This document shows positions 53,627 to 64,000 of a DNA stretch of 64,000 bases, in pieces. Numbering within the stretch: position 1 is the first letter of the stretch; each line of letters begins with the position of its first letter. Both the position numbers and the translations under genes were made by a program. The notes under the pieces were generated by a model. It searched no databases and was not told the origin of the DNA. It saw nothing but the letters and a program-made list of their open reading frames with translations. Source of the stretch: Chrysomallon squamiferum. Taxonomy: Eukaryota > Animalia > Mollusca. Where the stretch lies: assembly GCA_012295275.1 (NCBI GenBank), contig CM022665.1:9672001-9736000 (forward strand), read 5' to 3'.

Positions 53627-53831
53627 TAGGAGTGGAACTGTTATGAAATAATGAAGCTAAAGATTCAAGGCCTGTAATCCCAAAGGTATCACAGAAAAGA
53701 CTTTAGTCAACATTTCTTCAAAACTGTAATCAGAAGAAGATAGGAGTAGTTATCCAGATCTCGCTGATGTTTGAGAAGGGCCCCCATAATTGTTCAAGCT
53801 CCAGGGCCCTAAGAATGTAGGTCTACCACCG
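53627..53831 (+). mobile_element. Non-autonomous hAT (Tip100/Zaphod-like) MITE, 205 bp
   Basis: Degenerate termini taggagtgga...tctaccaccg; subterminal taatgaagctaaagattcaaggcc and gggcccccataattgttcaagctccagggccc; 8-bp flanks actactgc / actactat (6 of 8 identical). Confidence 0.55.
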
Positions 53832-54227
53832 ACTACTATTACTACTACTCCTACCACTACTACACTACGTGTATCACAACCAATACTACTATTATTATTA
53901 CTACTAGTAGAGCTACTACTACGTCTGTCTCAGTTGTCCTGACAATACTGAAAACAATAACAGCAGAAGCAGCAGCAACAGCAGCAACAACAAGAACAAT
54001 AACAACAACAACAATCATAGTAGTAGTAGTAGTAGTAATAATAATAATAATAATAATATTGTTTATGTTATATTTGCAGGTAGTAAGAGAACAGACGGTG
54101 AAGAAAACGTGCATGAGGACTGAGATCACATCAAACGTTATTTAGTTTACAGTTTAATAAACATAAGGTAGAAATATTTTTGCTTTACATTTTGGAAGGG
54201 GTCTCAAAATAATCGATTTCCAGGAGA

Positions 54228-54327
<100 letters not shown>

Positions 54328-57300
54328 ATTTTACAGATAAATCATTTCCACCATCTTATTTAATAAATACTTTATCATCTAATTAAAATCTTTCTTGTCA
54401 ATCGTGCTAATATAAACCTTACGAAAGAGAAACAAAAACAAACCTGAACAAATAAACAGTAACAACAACAAAAACAATAGCAAAAAACCTTGGAAATTTT
54501 CAAAAGCCAAGTAGGCTAACCAAATCAGCGTGTATTTAGTGTTTTGACATATAAACAAGCGCGTGATAATTAACATCTTTAATGAACACTATTATTTAAA
54601 AGATGACTTTGGTTGGGATGTAAAAAAAATATATATATTTTTTAATTTTTTAATTAGGACATTTTAATATTAACTAAAGTTTTCTCGTCATGACGTACAT
54701 ATCTTCGTTCTAATGAACACTTTTTATTTTAATGAACATACACTTTTGTAGTGATAAGAAATTCCTTTTTTTTTTTTAAATTTTAATGAATGCTGTCGTC
54801 ATAAAGAAAACTATTTTCATTTTAATGAACTTTTTATTACTATAATGAACACCTTTTCATTCTAATGAAATCTGTAGTTACAATGAACTTTTTTTCAGTG
54901 AATAGTTTTACGCACTGATAAAGCCAAATCAGTACACACTGAAACTAAATGAGAGTTGAACACTGAGATAGGCATCTTGTACAAAGTTTGTACGTCTATA
55001 TCATTATGTAAAACAGTTTCTCTGTCTCTCGGTTATTATATAAAAGTATTCGTTAATGTTCTCTCCTCATTCATTGTGAATATATTTCCTTAGACATACA
55101 AACAGCTCCAACCCAAAATATAATGTTACTTGAATATTAGGTTAATGTGTACTTGTGCTGATAATGTTGATGATGATGATGATGATGATAAAGCAAGTAT
55201 TAAACAATTTCATTTTTTACTGTAACGTTAAAAAACTCACGACAGACTGGGTTCATTATTGATAATTACTTGTACTTTTTTCTGTATGAAAATACTGGAA
55301 AATGTTTCACCTTCATTTTATCCTTATAAGCGTTGTATGTTATCGACATACTTTATTATTAGGAAACTCTGGTTTGGAATGTGTAAAATTCTAGATATAA
55401 AATACATACGCATTTCTACGAAGAAAACAACCATTTGGAAATTAAAAAACTTGAAATACATTATCATTAAGTCTTCAACTTAAAGAAAGACAGAATAACA
55501 CATGTCAATATTAAAGCATTAAGTAGAACGGGAAATAATCAATGGTGATTTAAAAAAAAAGTTAGCTATGATACTTCCGGTCTGTCATCCCTTTTTCTTC
55601 TTCCTCATCATTTTTAAGCTTGAAATATTATTTGTATTTTACAATACTTTTTGGTTTGCCTCTAATTGTTATTTTCTGTTATTTTTCAAATTTCAGTTCA
55701 GCCACAGCAAACGGAAACGTATATAAAGAACAGGTACAAAAGATTTATAATGTTTTCAGTGTTTATTTCAAACTATCAGTTTGTTAATAGTTTGTTTTTT
55801 TGTTTTTTTTTTTTTTTTTTGTGCATGTATTTTTTAAATGTTGCACGCTGGTATGCACGCACAAACACACACACACACATACACACAATTAAAATTAAAG
55901 GCATTTCTTTATTTACAACAAAAACGAAACATAAAAACATACATATACAAATATTCACACATACATCCCCATAGGCACACACACATTCATTCTTTCATAA
56001 ACACATACATAAACACACATACATGCACACACACAAACACACACATACAGACACACCCACATATATACTCACACTCATATACACACACATGCACACACAC
56101 TCACACTCACACACACATACATACAATTACTAAATATAATAAATTTACAAACTTTCTCCGCCATTGTTCTTGACTTCATCAACGTAGGTATCCACTACTT
56201 CAGTACAAATTCTGTTAAAACCTTCAAAACAATTATCTCTCTCTTTTTCTCTCTTTCTCTGTCGCTCTCTCAGTCTTTCTCTCTCGCCTTCTTCTTCTGT
56301 CTGTATTTCCCTCTCACTTTATAACGTATCATACGATGTGCAATATAAATAGATAAAACGTCTATTTTCTTCCCTTGAATAAAATAATAAAATAATAAAT
56401 ATTTTAAGATACAAAGCTTTTTTATTCTCTGCAATGTTGTTCACATATTAAAAATATAACGGGCTGATTTCGAAATCACATATAACAGTTGTCTATAGTT
56501 TACCTTGTAACTTTGTAATTTAATACTGCTAATAACAAAGTAATGCTAAATGAAAAGTCTAGAGGGTTGATCGTGGATTTCGTTAAAATTGCGGAGTCAT
56601 TATGATTTTAAATATAAAAGATGATGAAATAAATTTCATTAACACACAAACAAAACAAAAAAGTATACCACAGTGCCCTGAACAAAAAACAACAACAACA
56701 TAAAACAAACAACAGTTTATTGTATTAACGAAGTCAATCGGTTAAAGATAGGAAGCGGCGATGACATGCCGAACTCAGCTCCCTTGAAACTGCCTGTGAG
56801 TGATGATAGTACGTGGCTTCGTGTTACCTAACTGTGTCAGTCTGGCCTGGCAAGAGGTGTCAGTTTTCACATATACAATTACACACATTGTAATAATGTG
56901 TCAGTTTGCCGTTTATCTTTCGTAATACGTTTTTCGAGTTACGTTATTTTTCTCTCTGTTACGTGTTATTTCTCAATATCCACGAAACACGTGAAATAAA
57001 CCCGACAGGTCACGATTTTGTACTGGTATAGGCATTTTAACAGTAAATTTAATATTGTAAAGTTATTTTATTGTTTTCGGTTATTATTAAACTATTTATA
57101 AAAGACATATAAAATAGTATCAGCTATTGAATTTATGAGCATTGCATTTTTTTTCTGATATTCTTATTTACAAAATCTAAATAAAAATATCTCTCTCTCT
57201 CTATTTCTCTATCTCTATACATTATAAAAATATATAAATAAGTACAGATACCCGTTAATAAATATACAGATGTGTAAATACACAAACATACACGTACAGA

Positions 57301-57540
57301 ATGAGTGTTGTTAACATTTTACTGTCAAATATTATTAGATAACAATCATTTATTACATAATAACAATGACAGTAAGAGACATTTCAGAGTCTGAAACATC
57401 TGAGCCTATCTTTATCGATTAGCAGCAAATAATTATTTTCATACATCTTCGTTCGTGTCTGTGACATATAGGCAAATACGCCCTAATGATGTACACATAC
57501 AAACTCACACACAATTTTTGATAATAAAATTTATACATCA

Positions 57541-57645
57541 CAGGCTAGAACGGGAAATGTAGCAAAATGCATACAGACGGCGATTGATCTTGCTACAAGT
57601 AAACCTATAAGGCGACTGCTTTACCTTCTGAGCTGCAGCTCACTA
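57541..57645 (-). mobile_element. tRNA-derived SINE head fragment
   Basis: The minus strand reads gagctgcagctcagaaggtaaagc (Pol III A-box-like) then agatcaatcgcc (degenerate B-box). Too degraded for a tRNA cloverleaf. Confidence 0.45.
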
Positions 57646-58596
57646 CTGCATACACTTTAAAAAAATACATATTTACAGTCTGTTACACAGATAAGCATAC
57701 ACTTAATAACAAATATAATTACAGTCTGTTACAGTTATTTATACAGCTTATCAACGTGTCTTGAAAATTATACATTTCTTTAAACCAATTAATTAGCTAC
57801 AGCCGAATCACATCACTCCAAAGTGTACTAATACATTTATTCCTTGAAATGTCTTCTTATGCAAAAATGCACCCTGGTGAACCAATACAAAATGTCGCTG
57901 TGTCGTCATTAATATATCGCTATGATTTTACATGAAAAAGCTATTAATAATAAAACTGAACAAACGAAGGTGGAAATAAGTAACTGACATATAAATTATC
58001 AATCCCATGTAATGGAAAATGAATTACACGACTAAATGCTTATCAGTGTTAAACGAACAGAAAAATCTATACAGCGGAGTGTTAGATCAATAATGAATAA
58101 TTTATATATCGTGCCGTTAGATATTGCATGAGACACTGCAGTATCTTTATTATTATTTAATAAAGTGAGAGCTAATTGACTATGTAACGTGGTATCAGCG
58201 TGTACATCGGGGATTCAGACAACAGCAAAGTTGTGACTCGATGGTACCATAATTGTCTAAAGAACGACACGCAGAAAACTATGTGACTCATTTCAGCCGA
58301 AGTCCATGGCTGGTTTAGTGAAGGTTATTGTTTGTCAGATCCGTGGTAAAAAGCTTGCAAAAGAACCCTAGATGCTAACTGATAAGAATAGCCCTGCAAT
58401 GGGTTTATAAGCTTTTATTATCAGTAAACAATAAACGTCAAGACCTCGTAACTGTTAATATAAATATTGATTAATTGATTGTCTGATCGATCGACTAACT
58501 GATTTAACGAGTCATAATAATGCCAATGCTTTATCATTGCAGTTAGAATTTGAAATATTCGTTATATTTCAAAATAGGTACATGATGAAACCAAAA

Positions 58597-58640
<44 letters not shown>

Positions 58641-59681
58641 TTAAAAATAATAAAAAAATAAAAATAAAAACATCCCGTCCCTTGCTGTTGAAAGCTTGAC
58701 AATTAAAATGTCAAACGAATGATTTCTGTGACCCTCTGGGCTGTTTACGATGATCGTTCCTGTCAGTGATGAAATGTTCTGCGAACGTAAACAAAACCAC
58801 TAATCTGATTTGACCACGTAATAGAAGTTTCGACAAAAATAATATATTCTACAAAACAAAATAGCTCCCAGGTATTTGAGATAACCTTGAAATGCTGGTC
58901 GTTTGTTACAATGTCATCATCAGTAGTTTAGACCTGACTCGTCATTTAGTTACTTCGTATTATCCTTGTTATCTTTATAATGTCCCAAGTGAATTTGGTT
59001 GTAAACTGTTACATGTATTTAGTGATATAAATGAAAAATTTCCAAAAAGAGATATCAGTAGAACGTTATAATTTTCCATTGTGATAATTTGAATACGAAA
59101 TTGAACATGCATAACACACATCTTTATATGACTTCAGAGTTATGATAAAATGATGTCATTAAAATCACCATATGCATATTTACATAGTTGAATATCTTGT
59201 CTATATGCCACACCGGTTAACGAATACTTTACATACACTTCTCAACAATATGCTTTTAGCAGAGTTATTTCTGTCGTAAACAATATAATTATTAGAGCAT
59301 TTCAAGAGCGTTCGATAAAGGAATGAATGAAATAATAATGTATATTAATTACTACATTATATATATTATTCCCTTTTTTTTTTCTTCCCCATTTACTGTA
59401 TAATGCTTTGTTTTTCCTTTTAATACTGATATATGTTCTTTATTTTCAGGAATCCTCTGCAACAGTCAAACTTAACACATTGACAAATTCCCAGTGTTCA
59501 AGGCGGGTATACAATTTTAAAGTCTTATTATTACTTCATTATGTTAAAACAGAAATAGTTGATTTATGTGCTGATTAGTTCAAATAATATTAAAAACTAA
59601 CTGTAACTGTTAAAAGCATTAGGGTTTGGGGTAGGGGTTTATTTGTGTTGTTTTTTTTGTGTTTTTTTTTTTTAATTTTTA

Positions 59682-59742
<61 letters not shown>
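59682..59742. repeat. (ATT)n microsatellite
   Basis: Read directly from the sequence. Confidence 0.9.
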
Positions 59743-59744
<2 letters not shown>

Positions 59745-59877
59745 ATTTTTATTTTTTTATTATTATTATTTTTTTTTTTGGGGTTTGTGGAATTATGAAT
59801 TATACAAAGAATTGTATGTTTAAAAAGCAAAGAAAGAAATGTATATTTGCTTATGAATAACATTAACATGGTTCAAC

Positions 59878-60069
59878 CAGTGGCGTAGTTAAGGTATGGC
59901 ACTTGAAGGGCGCCACTTGAAGGGGACTGTGCATTTTATGTTAAACTAGTCTGGTATTTTCGAGTTTATTTTATTGTAAAATTGTCTGAAAGATGGGTGT
60001 CAGATGTTTGGACACGCGCGCAATTTCAGTGCTTGCCATAGGCGCAGTTTTTCCGTAGATACGCCCGTG
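59878..60069 (+). mobile_element. hAT-like MITE, 192 bp
   Basis: Imperfect terminal inverted repeats cagtggcgtagtta / tagatacgcccgtg; GC-rich ends around an AT-rich core; internal direct repeat cacttgaaggg x2; no TSD seen. Confidence 0.55.
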
Positions 60070-62372
60070 ACAGCACAATTCACACACTTTTTTTTCCTTC
60101 TCTCTTTTGAATAATACGTTGTTAATTGTATCTGTCTATATTAAGTTAAATTCTTAATTTCCAGACTTCAGAAATACACATTTACGAACATACCCAGACA
60201 GACATTGCCATGTTTAACCATAACCAGAGAATATTTATTAATTCCAGAGTCTACTTTTATCTCGTACAGTCTATTACTTCAACAGACGACTTGAAATTAA
60301 TCTTCTATTTTATTATACATATACAATTTGAATGCTCAGAATTTCGTAATTTTATTTATATTGCAGACAACGACAGAGGCAGACATCCTAACAACGGAAA
60401 TAGTGGTTGTACGTGAGAACTGAAATTAGACAAAATAATCAGTGAATAAGATCGATCTCAGTCTAAAGGTATAGCAGCTGTTTCAGAATATTTCTTTCTA
60501 ACTATAGGTGATATTTAGATAGTAGTATAATTATAAAGGTTATATTTAGCGACATAACCATCATTACATAAGCAACATAATTATTACATAAGCTGGATTC
60601 AAGTTTATTAAATTGTTAGTGAAACGGAGCAGTATAATGTATAATCACTGATAACAGAATTAATTCACTTTCATAAGATCACAGATATCCAATACTGCAG
60701 CTGATAAAAGTGTTTAATCAGACTGGCTCTTTTGAAAGACCAAAATGTTTATCCATATTTAAAGTTACTCCTATCTTTCATTTAACTTTAAATAACTGTT
60801 ATTTAATCGTACGAAGGCTGTGCAGCTGATGAAGATAAATGTACTCGTTTAATGAGTGAGGTTTATTCGTAAATGTCGAAATTAACAAGCAATGTGGTGT
60901 TTTATTATGGAATGTCATGGTTGGCTTTTCAGTCAACACCATCATGCCATGTATTATTATACAAGATCAATGCTATTACCACATTTATTGAATTTATACA
61001 CAGTGAGTGTTTTTGTGCTATAAATGTATATGCAGCATAGATATTCAGTAATGAAAATACACAATAATTAATCAGTGTTTCTATACGGTTGATATAGATT
61101 TAATGAAATGGTTTACTTGAATGTTGTTAATGCCATACTAATCCTGTGTTTTATTTTATAGCAGGATATATCTAAGAAACTCAAGGTTCTACGTTAATAC
61201 TGGCCTATATCAGGTCTTACCTGTTTGGTAAAAAGGTCTAGAGACGTGACTGTGATTTTATTTTGCTTAAAATGTACTCTATTTCTGGGCCATTTTTGTG
61301 TTAATTTTATTACCGTTTGCTGTAATTTATTAACAAGCACAACCATTGTAAAATGAATAATCTTCCATCGGCATTGTTAGTCACGTTTTAATGACAGTGA
61401 TATATATTTTATCTTTTATGTTACCATATGATTACAGTTTTCATTTGCTGCTAGAGTTTATATCATATTTGTCTTTTCAATGAGCTGTTTCATATATATG
61501 CTCTCCAAATATAAGACACGAAAACCCAGAATGATGTAAATTTTTATATAAAACTATTTAAACTCGTCAAAAAAAAAAAAAAAAAAAAAATTAAATAAAA
61601 AATAAAATAATAATAATTTCCATCAAATAATAAATAAATAAATAAAAAAGAAAGAAAGAAAAGAAAAAGAAAGAAATACTGGATATAAAGTGTTGATTAC
61701 CAAATCGTGTAAAATTTGAAATAAAACTATTTAAAACCGTTAAAAAAAAAAAAAATAAAATAAAATAAAATAAATTAAAATAAAATAATGTAAAATAAAA
61801 TAAAATAAAATAAAATAAAAAAAATAAATAATAATAAAAAAAAAAACAACAACCAGCAAACAAAAGCAATGAAAACAACACAACACATAGAATAGTTATC
61901 GATAAAATGTAAAACATAAATATATTTTATGTTTCACCAGCGTTACCATAGTCAATCAAATAATCACGTAACACCTGTGCACTGTGAGATAAAAGATCAC
62001 GTTTATACGTAAATATTAGTATTTACGTCACGTGTTCCTTAACCTTCACACCGCGTATATACATAATTATCAATATGTGTTTTCATAATGTTATCACATC
62101 CTAGTATCTACCGACCTCAATTTGCTTATTTAATTCTAGTGACTAAATCACTTTGTGTACGAAATCAAATACTGGCAACGTTGTTTGATCAGAGTTATTT
62201 TCTTCGTGTGTTTGACAAGCTCATTAAAACTGAAAGTCAGTTAAAACTGTTTCGTAGCTGCAGGAAACACAGTGGCGACAGCGTAAGGAAAAGAACATCA
62301 TGACTGTTGCGAAATTAAAAAACAAATAGAGGAGATTTAAAAATATAATAATAATAAATTAAAAAGATATGT

Positions 62373-62419
<47 letters not shown>

Positions 62420-63677
62420 AAAGAAAAAAAAAAAAAGAAAAGAAAAAAAAAAAAGAAAAAAAGAGAAGACGAAGATTTCATGATCATTAGAAAGCAGATT
62501 ATATGTAGTTTAATTAAAGAGAATCGTTGTTCTTTTATTTTTATTTATTTATTTTTTAAATTAGTAATATATTTTATTATATAGCCGATTCATGTTATTT
62601 CTACTACCGTATTAACCGATCAATGGTCGTATTAATCGAGTATTTTCCAAAGTGGTTGCAGAATGCTTTCTTTCTTTTTTATCATTATACAACAACAACA
62701 ACAAATTGAGCAGCAACAATATTAGCAATAACTCCAAACAAAACAACTAAAACAACAATAAACAACATCTGTTTTACAACTAATAATCAATCAATCGTTC
62801 GTCAAAAAAAAAAAAAAAAAAAAAAAAAATGAAATAAAAAATAAAAAACTGTTTCACAGCCTTGATAAGTCGTCTATTCCAGACTTAATTAATTAACGAG
62901 AATAACAATTTTGCCGGGTCCAGTTAATGATCCATATAGCTGCTGGTCTTGACCAGTGGTCTTAACCGGTTGTCTGCCGAGTCTGCTATCTAAACACATT
63001 ACGATAAACAGGTTTTCTAACGAAGAAATGGTGTGCCTAAGATGGCGATGAAAACATAGCGAAGCCTCGGGGTTTAATACGTCTTATCGAACAGGCAAGA
63101 AATTGCTCATTAGTGAGAAAATGATGGACTCTAATGGCAATCATTGCAAGACACTTGTCATGTTTTTCTTTCTGCTGGTGGATTTCGTCTGAGTTCACTG
63201 CTGTTGAGATGGTTACCTATTATCATAAAACAGTCGTTTACATTCATTTGGGTCAGGCGCCGTTTAAGTCTGATAAAATTCTATAACCTGTATTTATCCA
63301 ACACAACAACAGCGGCAACAACAACGAAATTACAAAAACAGTATCAATAATGACGTAATATATGACCAAAAAAAAAAAAGAAGAAAAAAAGAGAAAAAAG
63401 AAAACATAATCATCACTACTATGATGTATTGTTGTAATAATAATAATAATAATAATAATACAGCAAAATAACGCTTACGCTAAGAAAGAAAATGGGATTG
63501 AACAAACAGACAAACAAACAAATTAATAAATTAAATAAAATAAAATTAATAATGTTATCTAAAATTTATTATAATAAGAGTGACATTCTCCAATACTTTT
63601 CGACACGACAGTGAGTCACTGGTGAAATGAGTATACAGCTACACGTATACATAATCTACGATGTATTACTTTTTCAG

Positions 63678-63737
63678 TTTTATCAAAGATCTAGCGCTGT
63701 CGAGGCATTTTCACGAAGACTGAAAAACAAATCATAC
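63678..63737 (+). other. Candidate small exon (60 nt) or alternative first exon
   Basis: tttttcag| (also an Inr-like TCAGTT) to tac|GTGAGT; open frame FYQRSSAVEAFSRRLKNKSY; no homology recognised. Confidence 0.25.
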
Positions 63738-63954
63738 GTGAGTAAATTTAAGAAACAAAAAACAGGTAACATGGGACAATATATACAAACGATTCTGTAT
63801 CCGTTTAACTTTTCTACAGGGTTAAATTTTATTTTAAACCGAACGAAAATGGTTATATTAAAGATACAAATTTATAACGGTCTTTTTTTTGGGGTTTTAT
63901 TTTATTTTATTTTATTTTATTTTATTTTATTTATTTATTTATTTATTTATTTTA

Positions 63955-63994
<40 letters not shown>

Positions 63995-64000
63995 TTAAAT

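Noticed and set aside
57600-57645. tRNA gene
   Set aside because: A-box-like motif only; no cloverleaf or intact T-arm. Treated as a SINE head.
59619-59640. Telomere-like TTAGGG / G-quadruplex
   Set aside because: Only one exact TTAGGG and three G-runs; too short and degenerate.
61219-61285. Minus-strand exon candidate with CAG|GTAAGA donor
   Set aside because: No pyrimidine tract at the putative acceptor and no other minus-strand exons.

Overview
This is AT-rich, microsatellite-rich, intron-containing animal DNA. It is an invertebrate, plausibly a mollusc, which is an inference from repeat style only. Nearly all ORFs in the supplied track are low-complexity artefacts, so I rebuilt genes by hand from GT-AG splice sites and reading phase. 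(1) 3759-8452 (+): the last five coding exons of an unidentified gene, with evidence of coupled alternative splicing and possibly a long 3' UTR. (2) 17265-29931 (+): a complete 18-exon ERMARD (C6orf70/DUF4209) orthologue, 2070 nt CDS, 689 aa, with both R-X4-H HEPN-type motifs intact. (3) About 30-64 kb: no convincing coding exons. This part holds a CCAAT/GC-box promoter and a probable 5' UTR exon (about 37850-38706), bZIP/E-box-rich islands, hAT-type MITEs, SINE fragments and a higher-order minisatellite. I found no unambiguous new biological system. The most unusual items are AG-inactivated duplicate ('ghost') splice acceptors in front of two ERMARD exons, an in-frame uORF whose stop abuts the ERMARD ATG, a sharp CpG-depletion boundary, and a Zaphod-like hAT MITE.
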